64,000 nt of DNA from Anthoceros angustus (Eukaryota; Plantae; Anthocerotophyta): positions 806,001 to 870,000 of the forward strand of contig VJWM01000117.1 of the NCBI GenBank assembly GCA_010909165.1, given 5' to 3'. The notes beneath the pieces were generated by a model that was given only the letters and a program-made list of their open reading frames with translations, was not told the DNA's origin and did no database searches. Both the position numbers and the translations under genes were made by a program. How positions within the stretch are numbered: the stretch's first letter is position 1; each line of letters starts with the position of its first letter. Shown piece after piece: positions 1 through 12,315 of the stretch.

Positions 1-1
1 A

Positions 2-1681
2 ATTGCTGAGACCTTGGCTACGACATCCTTTGAGCTGGACGGGGATTGTGGCCTGCTGGCCCTGGCAGCTGAACTGGAAAGACATGGACTACCTATGACC
101 AGCTTGTGGCAACTAATAGAGAAAGACAGCATGACACTTCTGAAGTGCACTCCTGGTGATCTGCGGGAGAGGATTTTGTCCCTGCAGAGGCTGGGAGTTC
201 CAACCCATCATGTGGTGGACGTGTTGCAAGTTTGCCCTAGGGTTCTGAGGACCAATTTAGAAGAAAAGCTGCAACCTTTGCTGCAATGTGTAGAAAAAAT
301 TGGACTGGGTAAGGAGGTCATTGGATCCCTCCTGAGGTATGATCCTGAGGAAGTGATTCGAGACAATGGAAGCAAAGCATCTGACAATATCCAGTTTCTC
401 TGGGACGTGGGGGTGTCCACGTTGCAGATCTCGAAAACATTACAAAGCCACCCACAATTGGTAGTGAAGGGCCATCTGGCACCCCAGGTGGAGTATCTGC
501 AGACGTTTGGAATTGATATCAAGAGTATTATTGCCTCTAACCCATCCTTTCTTGGCAGTAGTCCTGAGAAGAATCTGCAGCCCAAGATAGAATTCCTGGA
601 GAAAATTGGTGTCCCGAGGAAGAGACTATCTTCAATATTCCAGCGGTGCCCACAAATTCTTGGTCTCAGCATTGCAAAGATTTTGCTACCTAAACTGCAG
701 TTCTTGCGTGACAGAGGGGTGGCTGAAAGTAGTATTGGTTCTGTCATTGACCGTTGCCCACAACTTCTGTATTACAGCATCCAAAAGAACATGATGCCTA
801 AAGTTGCGTACCTAGAGAGCCTAGGTGTAGACATCAAAAGGGTATTTGAAAAGGCCCCAGGCATTATGGAGTTGAGCATTGAAAGTTCTATGGTCCCTAA
901 GGTTGAGTTCCTGTTGTCCATTGGGATTGAGAAACAAGTGGTTGGCAGGATGATTTCATCATGCCCAATTCTTATGTTAAGAAGTGTGGAAGGGTCGTTG
1001 AAGCCAACTTTGGATTTTTTCCGAGGGATAGGGTTGCAGGATGATAAGTTGTGCAGACTGGTGGTTAGCCGACCTCGTGTCTTTACACATGCTGTGGATG
1101 GAAGCCTTGCAGCATTGGTCAAACTCCTGCTGGATTTAGGTTTCCAGGAAGGATCAATTGCTATGGGCAATGGTGTAGCATGCTGTTTCAGCGTTGGTGC
1201 CACTACAGTGAGAGCTCGATACCAGCATCTTTTAAGCTTCGGGTTTTCTAGGTCTGATGTCACATCCTTAGTTATGCGGCAGCCTTCCATTTTCCATGTG
1301 AAGGAGGATTGCATTACAGACAAGATGAATTTTTTCAGGGACATAGGGCTTCCTTTGGCTGCCATAGTCCGCACTCCAGCATTCCTAAGCTACAGTCTTG
1401 AACAGCGAATGAAACCTCGATGGAGAGTGATTCAATGGCTCAAACAGACGGGGCACTTGAAGAGGGACTACTCCTGGGGGACAATTTTTGTGGTGTCGGA
1501 GAAGTCGTTTGCTGAGCAATTTCTGAGTTGTCATCCTGAAGCTAATGCTGTGTTTATAGGCATTTCTGACGAAATCTTGTGTAACCAGTCACCATTCGAT
1601 TGTCTTCACAATTTGCAAATGGAGACAGATCCAGAGGTTGATAGTGATTCCGAGGGTCAAGTTTGCGCAGCTGCAGGATGA
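2..1681 (+). CDS. mTERF family protein (organellar transcription termination factor), 5'-partial
   Basis: Intronless ORF open from the window edge (the track start at 14 is a TTG). Repeated ~35-aa mTERF motifs (CPQILGLSI..LLPKLQFL, CPQLLYYSI..MMPKVAYL) and the typical C-terminal LSYSLEQRMKPR..FAEQFL; stop at 1679-1681. Confidence 0.9.
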   Translation: MAETLATTSFELDGDCGLLALAAELERHGLPMTSLWQLIEKDSMTLLKCTPGDLRERILSLQRLGVPTHHVVDVLQVCPRVLRTNLEEKLQPLLQCVEKIGLGKEVIGSLLRYDPEEVIRDNGSKASDNIQFLWDVGVSTLQISKTLQSHPQLVVKGHLAPQVEYLQTFGIDIKSIIASNPSFLGSSPEKNLQPKIEFLEKIGVPRKRLSSIFQRCPQILGLSIAKILLPKLQFLRDRGVAESSIGSVIDRCPQLLYYSIQKNMMPKVAYLESLGVDIKRVFEKAPGIMELSIESSMVPKVEFLLSIGIEKQVVGRMISSCPILMLRSVEGSLKPTLDFFRGIGLQDDKLCRLVVSRPRVFTHAVDGSLAALVKLLLDLGFQEGSIAMGNGVACCFSVGATTVRARYQHLLSFGFSRSDVTSLVMRQPSIFHVKEDCITDKMNFFRDIGLPLAAIVRTPAFLSYSLEQRMKPRWRVIQWLKQTGHLKRDYSWGTIFVVSEKSFAEQFLSCHPEANAVFIGISDEILCNQSPFDCLHNLQMETDPEVDSDSEGQVCAAAG

Positions 1682-3076
1682 TACTGTTTGATGTTTTAGT
1701 CCACCATGCGAAGCAACTGGTTTTGTTCCGCAAATTATATCGTGAAAGGGAAAAACTCGGATGCAGGCTTTAACGTCGAGATGCCATTTAATACCCAGGT
1801 GACGGTTGTCATAGCCTGCGGAATGCTTATCTGGACTACCCAAGGCTATGTGAGGTTCCCAGACACGGGATGGAAACAGCAGAATATGGCAAAGTCTGGG
1901 GTTCTCAATCTCATGTTCCCAGACAACTTATTTCCGCTAAATCCTCTACCCACTGCGGTATCAAACTCCATCCCTGTGCAACCAGGCTCCGTGGTACAGC
2001 ATGGAGATTTATCAGCTTGCATACACAACTGTTTGGGCACGGAAGTACGCCTGGGCCTGCACTTTGCGCAGCACTTTAGCGACCTGACTTACTAAAGGTC
2101 TGTGCCATTTGTTTTCATCTTGAATCTGGTGACAACCATGGTCTGGAAGCTCACAACCAGGAACCTCCGAACTTGCCTTCCCCAGGGCCCTGTTATTTGC
2201 TACGAACATGAATACTAAAGTTTTGGGTCCCTTGCATGCCACCGTCGGCGGCGTTGGCTGGTTACATGAAGACGAATAAGCTGATCAAATTGTATGATCA
2301 CATTGATGAGTGTGATCACATGGAATAGGAGCACATTAGACATCAAAAACCTGCGCTAGAACTTTCTCTCGGCAATGTCCTGTTCTTTCCTAGGAACAGG
2401 AATACCATAGTTTGTACATCAACATCATGGCACCGTCGGTGGGGTTGGCTGCTTGGATGAAGACTGATAAGTTGCTTTTAAATTCGATGACCATGATGAG
2501 ATGGATGAGTAGCATAAGCTCACAGTCGACTGAGGCTACTTACCCAGACGACAGCGATACCTGGCAGATTTCAGATCGCTTTGCTTTTCTTGAAGAGCAA
2601 GACGTCGTCTCCATTTCCGCAGGATTGATATAACAACCCGATGACATTTTCGGGATTCTCCGACTTGTTTGCTCCTTCCTGGGGTTTGTCAGGGCTAGAC
2701 CGTTTTCACCTCACGCAGTGTGAAGTTTTGCAAGCTTGACCCACACTGGGCATGCCTTCTGGTTTTCTCGTGGCTTAGCATATCACAAGGCCTGCAGCAT
2801 TGACTTCAACCAAATAAGTCAAGCTTCCACATGTTGCCTTGCCAACCCAGTCATAAACAGTGCCAAGTTTTCAAGGTCTTAGACGACACCCTCTGTGCAG
2901 GGGATTCAGCAAATCGAACCTCCTCGAGATGGATGAGGTACGGCGGTCTTCAGGAACGCCATGCTTTTCAACATCGTCAGAGCGCCTTTTTCCCTGCTCC
3001 TGCCCACGACTGCAGGGTCCCTGTCGTCCAGACGTCCGATGCCCCTCCTAGACTGCAGCTGATGTCTACAACAGAT

Positions 3077-5893
3077 TTAGGCACAGCCGTGCTCTATGAT
3101 TTGTATGCTTAACTGTTGCACCATGGCATAAATCTCATCTCGTTGTGGATGTAACATGTCTCCTGCACTGAACATATGCACATCCTTCTCGACGCTAATC
3201 CAACTTCGCCCAGGCTGTTTCTTCACACCGCTGTCTCTCATCATCTGCCGCACTTTCAGTTGGTCGTCTGTCCTACCAGCTGCTGCATATGTATTTGCTA
3301 GCAACACAAAAGCAGCAGAATTCTGGGGTTCCAGCTCAATGATCTGTTTGGCAGCTTGTTCTGCAAGCTCTATATCCCTGTGAATTCTGCAGGCTGCCAG
3401 CAGGGATGTCCACACCTTCACACTTGGTTGGAATTGCATGCCTTTCACAGCCTCATAAGCTTCATCAAGTTGACCTGCTCGGCCTAGAAGGTCTACTAGG
3501 CACGCATAGTGCGCATCCGTGGGGGTGATGCCATGATCAGTGTGCATAGATTTGAAGTATTTAACTCCTCGTTCAATTAGTCCAACACGGCTGCAAGCTG
3601 ACAGCACTCCAACAAACGTGATGTGGTCAGCTGGAACACCTTCTTCCAGTAGTTCTTCAAAAAGGCTCAGAGACTGGTTGCTACAGCCATGCAGGGCATA
3701 GCCAGCAATCATTGTACTCCATGACACTGGATCACGTTTGGACATTCTGTAAAACACAGCACGGGCATCAACTATGCTCCCACACTTGGAATACATGTCA
3801 ATAAGCGCATTCTCAACAAAGGTCTCACAATTCAGTCCACTTCTGGTTATGAGGGTGTGGATCCACCTGCCTTCTGCCAAAGCTCCCATGCTTGCACATC
3901 CATTTAGAACCGCTGCAAATGTAACTAAGTCGGGTTTCACCCCCTCTTGCTGCATCTGCTTGAAGAGATTCATAGCTCGATCACCATACCCATGTTGGAC
4001 ATATCCTTTGATAAGAGCATTCCATGAGACAACATCTCGAACTTGCATGTTGTCAAAAACGTGCTGAGCAGAATCAAGGCTCCCACACTTGGTATACATG
4101 TCAACCAGTGCATTTTGTACGATATCGTCTAATTCTTGCCCACAACGAATGATGTAGGCGTGGACCAGCTGACCATCTTTTAGTGCTCCTAGTCCAGAGC
4201 ATGCATTCAGCACTGAAACGAAGGTGACGAGGTCTGGTTCAACAGCTTCCTGTTGCATTTTCTGGAAAAGCTTAAGAGCTGTTTCCTCATGTCCACTCTG
4301 AGCACACGATGCTATCATTGCATTCCAGGTCACCACACTTTTGCAGGACATGTTGTCAAAAATCAGATGGGCTTCATCAATAACCCCACATTTACCATAC
4401 ATATCCACGAGGGCTGTTTCCAACACAACATCAAAAGCAACTTTACAGCTAATAATGTCCTTGTGGATCCTCCTTCCCATGTCCAGTGCTCTTGCTATGG
4501 CGCATGCTTTCAGGGCACAAACGAAGGTGACTTTGTTTGGCTCCACTGACTTCAGTTGCATCACTTCATACAGGTCAAGGGCCTCTTCGCCAAGCCCAGC
4601 ATGAGCATATGCTGCAACCATAGTTGTCCATGAAACTACATTCTTGGCAGACATGCGATCAAACACTTGACGTGCATCCTGTAGGCTCCCGCACTTTGAA
4701 TACATGTCCACAACTGAGTTGCCAACAAAAACATCTGATTCTAGGCCGCTTCTGATGACAAGATCATGGAGGTGTTTACATTCCTCCAATACCGCCCTGT
4801 TTGTACACACTCTCAACATTGATAGAAAGGTGACCACATTAGGCTTCAATCCACAGCTACACATCTGCTTCAGAAGTTCAAAACCTTCTTCTACGAGCCC
4901 TTGCTCAGCATGTCCTTGTATAATGGCATTCCAGGAAACTACATCTCTCTGCGACATGCCATTGAACACTTCCAGAGCATCCTGCAGGCTTCCACATTTT
5001 GCATACATGTGGACAAGAGCATTGCTCAAAGACGTACAACGGATTGTGCCAGCCTTCCCTATATACTCATGGACCAGCTTGCTCTTTTCCAGATCTCCTA
5101 TAGTGGAGCATGCATTTGCTGCACAAATGAAGGTGACGACATCAGGGGGCTGGCCTATCTGCAGCATTTCTTGAAACAAGCACAGTGCATTAACACCGCC
5201 CCCATGTTGGATGTGCCCAGCGATCATTGTATTCCATGATATTACATCACGCTGTGCCATTTTCTCGAAGTGTTTCTGTGCATCCAGGATGCTACCACAC
5301 TTGACATACATGGCAAGGAGTAAGTTGTCCACCAGAACATCAGGCTTGACCCCATCTTCAAACATCCGAGCATGAACTCGCCTGCCCTCGAACAGACTGG
5401 ACAAATTTGCACATGCATTGATGACGATGGCGTATATGAACTTGTCTACGTTACAGCCCCTTTGGACTCCATGGAATAACTTCAAAGCCTCCGCAGCTTG
5501 ACCGTTATCAGCATACCCCTTCAGAAGTCCAGTCAATGCAAACAGATCCTCCTCGGGCATCTGGCAAAAAACCTCTTGTGCCAGTGCAGGTTGTCCACAA
5601 CTGGCATAGAGTCTTACAAGGTTTCTTCCCAGAGTATTATTCATATCCAACCCAGTGTTGACAATTTGAGCATGCACATGCCTGCCTTCTCCCAAGGCTT
5701 TCCTTCTGATGCATTCCTGCAAAACACAAACGTAGCTATTGGTGGATACCCTGATTCCTCGTTCACACAGGCTATCCAGAAGGATCAATGCTTCCTTCAA
5801 ATGACCACCTTTACAAAGCCGGCTCACGTCCTCTGGATACCTGCGTAGGTAACAACCCGCTGCCAGATCAAGGTGCGGTAACCTGATGAGCAT
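3077..5893 (-). CDS. PLS-class pentatricopeptide repeat protein with E/E+ domain (C-to-U editing factor type, no DYW)
   Basis: Long intronless ORF (track 3077..5920, first ATG at 5893) with P-L-S triplets (DVVSWNAII.G, NALVDMYxKCGSL), E domain (WTSLLAACRIH..LANTYAAAGR) and PG box KKQPGRSWI; ends before a DYW domain. Confidence 0.92.
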   Translation of the reverse strand: MLIRLPHLDLAAGCYLRRYPEDVSRLCKGGHLKEALILLDSLCERGIRVSTNSYVCVLQECIRRKALGEGRHVHAQIVNTGLDMNNTLGRNLVRLYASCGQPALAQEVFCQMPEEDLFALTGLLKGYADNGQAAEALKLFHGVQRGCNVDKFIYAIVINACANLSSLFEGRRVHARMFEDGVKPDVLVDNLLLAMYVKCGSILDAQKHFEKMAQRDVISWNTMIAGHIQHGGGVNALCLFQEMLQIGQPPDVVTFICAANACSTIGDLEKSKLVHEYIGKAGTIRCTSLSNALVHMYAKCGSLQDALEVFNGMSQRDVVSWNAIIQGHAEQGLVEEGFELLKQMCSCGLKPNVVTFLSMLRVCTNRAVLEECKHLHDLVIRSGLESDVFVGNSVVDMYSKCGSLQDARQVFDRMSAKNVVSWTTMVAAYAHAGLGEEALDLYEVMQLKSVEPNKVTFVCALKACAIARALDMGRRIHKDIISCKVAFDVVLETALVDMYGKCGVIDEAHLIFDNMSCKSVVTWNAMIASCAQSGHEETALKLFQKMQQEAVEPDLVTFVSVLNACSGLGALKDGQLVHAYIIRCGQELDDIVQNALVDMYTKCGSLDSAQHVFDNMQVRDVVSWNALIKGYVQHGYGDRAMNLFKQMQQEGVKPDLVTFAAVLNGCASMGALAEGRWIHTLITRSGLNCETFVENALIDMYSKCGSIVDARAVFYRMSKRDPVSWSTMIAGYALHGCSNQSLSLFEELLEEGVPADHITFVGVLSACSRVGLIERGVKYFKSMHTDHGITPTDAHYACLVDLLGRAGQLDEAYEAVKGMQFQPSVKVWTSLLAACRIHRDIELAEQAAKQIIELEPQNSAAFVLLANTYAAAGRTDDQLKVRQMMRDSGVKKQPGRSWISVEKDVHMFSAGDMLHPQRDEIYAMVQQLSIQIIEHGCA

Positions 5894-6337
5894 AGCAGAG
5901 AATACTACAGCATTGACCACTAATGCACACTAACCTCCTGCAACCCTGTGACAAAGTATACTGACATCCACTTGATTGCGGCATTGCATCTAGCTCTGCT
6001 TGCAGCCCCTCCTTTGACTGCTCGTGCTTAAAGTCTGGATACCTGGGATCATGCTGGACGGGTACGGATCAAACCCACAGAGCCAAGAGACACCAATGGA
6101 AGCCTTTCAGTAACCTAGGGCAGCCCTGTACCTTGTTAGACCCCTTGTCCCACCGCTGCAAAAGACCCGACAAGAATTCCTGACACGTAGCGTCCATATG
6201 CTTGAATGCACCTTCAATCCACCACAACAAACAGCCATGAATTCAGTAAGGAAGTCACAAGCTGCACATCATAAAGAGCAGCAAAGCCTCTGCCAAATCC
6301 TACCCTCAGCTGCAATTGTTTTAGTGAAAATCCGTTT

Positions 6338-6610
6338 GTTTTCAGAGATATGGGGATTCTTCTGGCTGCCATGGAGCATTCCTGAGCTTCAGTCTAGAAC
6401 AGCGAATGAAACCTCGTTGCAGTGTGGTCCAAAAATCGACGGGCCACGTGAAGAGGGACTACTCCTGGGGGGCAATTTTTGCTGAGCGATTTCTGAGGTG
6501 TCGTCCTGATGAAGCTCATGCAGTATTCTGGGCATTTTTAACGATACCTTTTACAACCAGTCAACGTTCGATCACCTTAACAATTTGGAAATGGAGGCAG
6601 ATGCAGGAAG
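6338..6610 (+). pseudogene. Degenerate copy of the mTERF 3' end
   Basis: Colinear nucleotide similarity to 1331-1635 (GAACAGCGAATGAAACCTCG, GAAGAGGGACTACTCCTGGGGG, TTTGCTGAGC) with several short deletions and frameshifts. Confidence 0.8.
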
Positions 6611-7434
6611 ATGTTTCAATGTTGCCAACAAGAGCTGTGACTCCTGGTTCTGTCGCCCGTAGTATGGTGGTTTTGTTGCTCGTATTACAGAGATTGAGGG
6701 AGACGCTCTCAGATGCAGCCTGCAGGTCATTGACGAAGGAGGTTCACCTTTAGTTTGTCACTCGCAAAATCTATCTGCAGTATCTACGTGAAGATCCAGT
6801 TCAGTTCTGCCACTACGGGAGAACTTCCAGGAAAACGAATTTTCGCAGGCGAAAGTCCTGAGGCTCGCGGGAGGTGAACCATGAGCACGCCAGACGGGGC
6901 TTCTGAACCCAACCACGACCATGGAGCCTGGACCTGGCCTTGGGGCATTGTCAGGGTCTACTGGGTGGCGGCACGATAGCTTTAGAGATGCATATGTTGG
7001 TCAATTAAGAAATGCAGATCTAGCCTTACACTTTTCGACAACCAATCAGATTTCTACTGTGTTGCCCGTCCTGCCTGGCTATAATGCTGTGATATCATGT
7101 CTAGCAAATGACTAGGTTCTTCTTGTTGGTCTCACATCCGTCTTTGATGTTGAGCTGAATCCAACATTATTCATGCCAGGACATGACATCATGTACTGGC
7201 ACAATGATAAACATCTGATTCTCATCTCTTTTAATATACAAGTAGCCCGCCGAGAATAATGAGCAGCTATCTGGTAACACACCCAATATCCCACCTGGAG
7301 GCATGCAAAGGCCTGAGAGATGTGAGATACACAATCCTACAAAGTTGTAAAACCACAACACACACATTGGAGCTGCAGCAGCATACCTTCCAGCCATCTG
7401 GCGAGGAGTTTCGATGCTGCCTGAATGTTGCAGA

Positions 7435-10400
7435 TCAATCATCTTCCTCATTTTGAGGAACTTGATGATTTAGTTTTTGAGCTCGATACATGTCAGCCAC
7501 CTGTAAAGACAATAGTACAAGCTGTATAAGATATGCCAGAATTGGAAGACAGATCTAAACAAGCACTGATTCAATACCTGCTCAGCAGTTGTTGCTTGAT
7601 CTGGATTTTTATCTTCACGAACACGCAGCAACCGAGGAAATCGCAAGGAGATCCCCTAGAAGATCAAACCTGCGGTTGTCAACAGTCATGAAAGAAGCAA
7701 AAGTGCTTGATGTGACATGCCACACTGTGTAAGGTGTACTACCTTATTAGGATCGACGATGCCAGCAGCTGCTCGATGAACTGGACTGATACTTAAATCT
7801 GCTGCCTTCACTTCCCAAACCTGCATCAACAAACATATGCTACTACATTATTTCAAGAAAACACTTCTGCAGCTGGATGCATAATTGATCTGTTACACAC
7901 CTCTGACGGTTCAAACCAAACATCCACAGGTAGAGTCTCCCCATAACGAAAGTAGGACTGCAAAAGGGGAAAAAATGCATGAGTGATATTTCAGGACATG
8001 CCGCAACTTAGAATCTCATGTATAAGCCTCCAGCCATTACACACACCTTCGGTTTAGGGATCACTTGCTTTTTAAGACTTGAAGATCGCTCTTGGAGTAC
8101 AGCTTCGCTGAAGCCAGTTCCTAAGGCCCAACAAGCAAGATCGTGAAGCAGGAGTACATAGAATGGGCCCACCTGATGCTAGAAAACAGCTATCCGAGTT
8201 GCCAAAGAGATCCTAACAGTAGAACGCATCACTGTAACTGGACCAATAAACACAACACCATTCCACAGGGCACTGACCTATCTTGCAGATGCTCTGAAAC
8301 TCTTCCTTCTCCTCACAATAACAAGCCAGCAGAAATGCTCCATAGAATCCTAAGCCAGACAGTAACATCAGATTCCACCAGACAGTTTCCAGATACCTAG
8401 CGCTGAGATATTGGTGAAGTAGATAAGAAGTGCCACAGAAAGGCAGAAATCAAAATATAAGCACCAACAATCAAGTGATTGTTGAAGCACAACCGCGTAC
8501 CAGTTCGTTTCCCTCGTCCATGGAAGGCTCCAATAGGTACAAGATCTAGTGAATCGCCAATGCTACAGCATAGTCCAAGAGTTGCCACTGAAGGGTGAGT
8601 CTCCAGATAACTAACATCATGAAACAGTCTGCGACCTGCACATATACCTGTCCATGTAATCCTTCTTTAACTTCAGCCACTTCTGTGAGCGCTTAGATGG
8701 TTCATAAGTTGCATCTTTGTCCAAAGTCTTCACAATCAGTCCCTCACAACTAGAAGCCGGACCAAAACGGTTATTGCAAGCAGAGAGAGTGAAGGGACAC
8801 GAGGAAAGGCTTTACTTACATACTTCGGGTTTGAACACTTACCAGTGATTGACTGCATCATCGAGGAACAGTTGTATTTCATCAAGCTCATTACTACATG
8901 TCGCTACTGCAAATTGAAATCTCCCTGGAATCTCTTGAAATGAGTTGTAAAGTAACTACACAGCACTCAGTCACAACTCTGTGGTTGGAAGGATGCAACA
9001 GCTTTTTCACAAGAAAAAAAACTTTTTAACAGCTTTTTAACAATATGCAATGTGGTCAGATACCTCTCGTCGAACACTGAGTTGTTCTTGCAGGAGCTCC
9101 CTGCCGTTAAGGTATAATAAGTCAAAGGCAAACACGCATATTTGGACTTTGATGTCCTCAACAATAACCCCTTTTCTAGCTCTGGTGCTCAGAATCTGCA
9201 TCAGACCAGTCCTTTACATGAGAACCAGATTACACTAGTAGCAAAAAGGTGTGGCTGAGTCAGGCCAAAGGTTCAGATATCGATACCTGGAAAGGTAAAA
9301 TCTTGTTTTTCTCTCGATCATATGCCACAACTTCAGAGTCTAGCACAAAGGAGGTCACCTCTGGTTTCTTGAAGCTGACAGTAGCATTACACCATCAATT
9401 GATAGCAACACATGGCCAGAGAACCATGGTAACCAGAGAGAAGGGAGCACATTTGAGCACCTGTTTACAGAAGCCACTATATCTGGAAACTTCCCAGTGT
9501 TTCGTTCTGCATTCCTGCTGTAGATTTCCACTGAACCATCTTCTAGGAAGTGGATCTGCAGATAATGGAATAATACAAAGGGTTAGCTCCAGGAGAAAGA
9601 GGGACTCTAGTTGATAAGCAATCGTCTGCTGAAATAAACTTCACGCAGTAGTTCCTCGTGGCTCACATGCACGTGACAAGAAATACCTGTGCCCGTTCTC
9701 CATCATACTTGTACTCGCAAGTGAACAAGGTTCCCTGGAATTTATCAAGTATTTCAGACACACCCTTCGTAGGTTTGGCCAGCATTGGCCCGATCGGCAC
9801 TCCCAGGGTGAACCTGCAAACATCAGGTAGCTTTTGGATTCCCACATCCAAAAGGGCAGGAACAATTCTGTCGTATATTGGCAGGACAGAGTAAGTTTGC
9901 TTCATTATTTGAACAGCCTGCTGACAATACAATGCAAACACTTAGAGCTGGGGTAGAACAAAAGCTGAAAAGATTAGACGACTCTTGAGGTAAAACAGGG
10001 CCTGGATTGGCTAACTCCAAAATAGGAGTTCGAGACACTGGTCAAGCAGGCAATGCTGTGACGAGCTATGGATCAGGGGAACCGACCTCCTCAATCCGAC
10101 TGGCTAATTGTGCAGCCGGAACTCGAGGCTGCTCCGACAGAACAGCCGACTGAGCCAATGCAGCTAAGACGGTCTGCTCTGCCAATCCTATTCTGGTCTT
10201 TCCCTGGAGTCACAACCACGGCCCCAGGCTGTTGTTAAGGAACATGCACACTATACTTGTGTGTGCCTGAAAGGCCCTGAAAGAGGCTGCTAGGAACGGA
10301 AACACCAACCTGAAGTAGGCGGATCAAATACTGAGGTTCGCAGTCAGTGGCTGCCACAATCAGAGACTTGATTTTAGCTCTCTTCTTATCCTGGCTCTCT

Positions 10401-11548
10401 TTCCCACTTTCCTGGAAGACATTTCAGAGCTCCAAGTGGGAATACGAAACTTCACTACTCATGCACAGATGCTCTGAGATAGTTCCAAATAACTTAAAGC
10501 TTGCATGAAGGGCCTGAAGAACCTGAGTTCATGGTACAGTGTCAACGGCTTGCCTTGGCAATGACCCGGAACATCTCCAAAACCTTCACACAGGTCAGAG
10601 GAACAGGCCTGGACATCAACCGCTGCATAGACCGATTGGCTTTGGCCACGAGACCAAGATCTCCGAGCCCCTGCGAATAGCCAACTCCAACTCATAAATA
10701 CAACTTCCTTTTCACCGAAATCTCCAGACAGCAAAGACGACGTCGCCTCCACCTTCAGCTGCGACTTGATATGCTCATCCTTCTTCCCGAACGTCTCCGC
10801 CAGACATTTGATGATAGCAGCATCACCAATCCCTAGCTCTAACCCCTCGTGCGCAGGCGCAATTCTATTCGCCGCGAGGTAAACCACCGCCAGCAGATCG
10901 CTCGGCTCGGACGCAATGACTGTGCGAAAGACATTGCTCAAAATCTCCGTCATCGCCAGCCTCCCCGACTCATTGGCGATCACTGCCATGCGACACATCA
11001 GTCACAGACTTGTCGACCAGCAAACAAACTGTTTGGAATCCCATCCCCGGCTCCGAGAACGTACATTCGAAGGCTTTGGCAAGGAACAGAAACGGCACTC
11101 GATCCCCCTGCTTCCAGAAAGCCGCTGCGGCGGGATCGAAGTCGTGCTGCTTCTTCAGCAGCTCCTCCACAGCAGTGTCAGCGCTGGATTGCTGCTTCTC
11201 CCCCGCATCCTGGCTTTTCTCCGCCTCCTTGTCCTTGTCTTTCTCCTTCTCCTTGTCTTTGTCCTTGTGCGAGGCCGGGGCGCGGCCTCCTCTGGCCTGC
11301 GCCCGTGCGGCCTGCATCAGCATGTCCTGCACCGTGCGCCCCGCCATGGCGCCGCGCAACAGGCGCAGGCGCGGGGGAAGATGGAAGCGGAGGTGCTGCG
11401 CCGGGAGCTGGGGCAGGAACTGGGTATGCGTTAGGGCTCGGTCGTGGAGGCGAGTGAGAGTGGAGCAGCCATGGCCGACGATCTCCCAGAAGGGCCTGTG
11501 GTGCGGCAGGGCCGGGAACCACGACGACCCGCCCCGGAGTGTGCACAT
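7435..11548 (-). CDS. LIG1: DNA ligase 1 (multi-exon)
   Basis: Exon translations [49 protein letters not shown], active-site [11 protein letters not shown] (K at ~9708-9710), [36 protein letters not shown]; last exon [13 protein letters not shown] ends at 7435; GT-AG introns. In-frame ATGs at 11548 and 11347. Confidence 0.93.
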
Positions 11549-12117
11549 TTGGCGGGAACTAGCAACAGAAGAAGAAGAATTTTATTTGAGTCCACTAAGG
11601 CGGATTTCCGTCATGGACTTGGTACTTAACAACTTGTACCATGGTGTGCCTAAGCTACTTGCACCAAGGGCATCCACTCCCTTTAGGGACCCATCAAAGT
11701 ACCCATCTAAGCTCAGGATGCTTAATCACGGCGTTCTTATAAATGTGTGTCCATTTGGCCTAAGCCATTTGGCAACAAGGTTCCTTTCATCTCCCATCAG
11801 TTGATCCTCCCCCAAGACATTTTCGGGGAGGATCAAACCTTCCATGTTCCAGAGAATTGTTCGTTAATTAAACTATGGATATTTTATTGCGCTATGCTCG
11901 TTTATAATACTTTACTATATCATTATACTTTATTTTGTTCATCATGATATTTAGACAAGGTAGGAGTATTATAGATGCATGGAGGGATATATCCATAGAT
12001 TTAATGTTTTTGAAATTCTTGTATATGATGGGATGGCCCATATGAATACGGGATCAATTAGTTTATTTAACTGGTTATCTAATCATTTGATTGATTGTCA
12101 TAGGTGTAATGGCAAAA

Positions 12118-12315
12118 GGCAATCCACAAGGCGGCGACAACAAGTGATGCATCTTCCTCTTCCTCCGTTGTGTATAGTCCATTTATTCTGCTTGCATGTG
12201 ATAGTATTGGCATAATAGGTGAACTTAGGCAGGGGGCTTAGTTACTCCTTTTTACCTCGACTCTGGGGTCTCCCCTTGTTGTCCTATGCTGGATAGGCTC
12301 TCCCCATCATTTTTG
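12118..12315 (+). mobile_element. Short 3' remnant of an RLE/CRE-like non-LTR retrotransposon
   Basis: Nucleotide similarity to 25440-25640 (CTTCCTCTTCCTCC ... GCTGGATAG..TCCCCATC.TTTTT); translates IHKAATTSDASSSSSVVYSPFIL, matching the C-terminus of the other two copies. Confidence 0.55.

Noticed and set aside
1706-2095. 129-aa ORF after mTERF
   Set aside because: No recognisable motif; lies in the probable 3' UTR/intergenic region.
208-5848. Antisense ORFs overlapping mTERF and PPR genes
   Set aside because: Shadow frames of real coding sequence.
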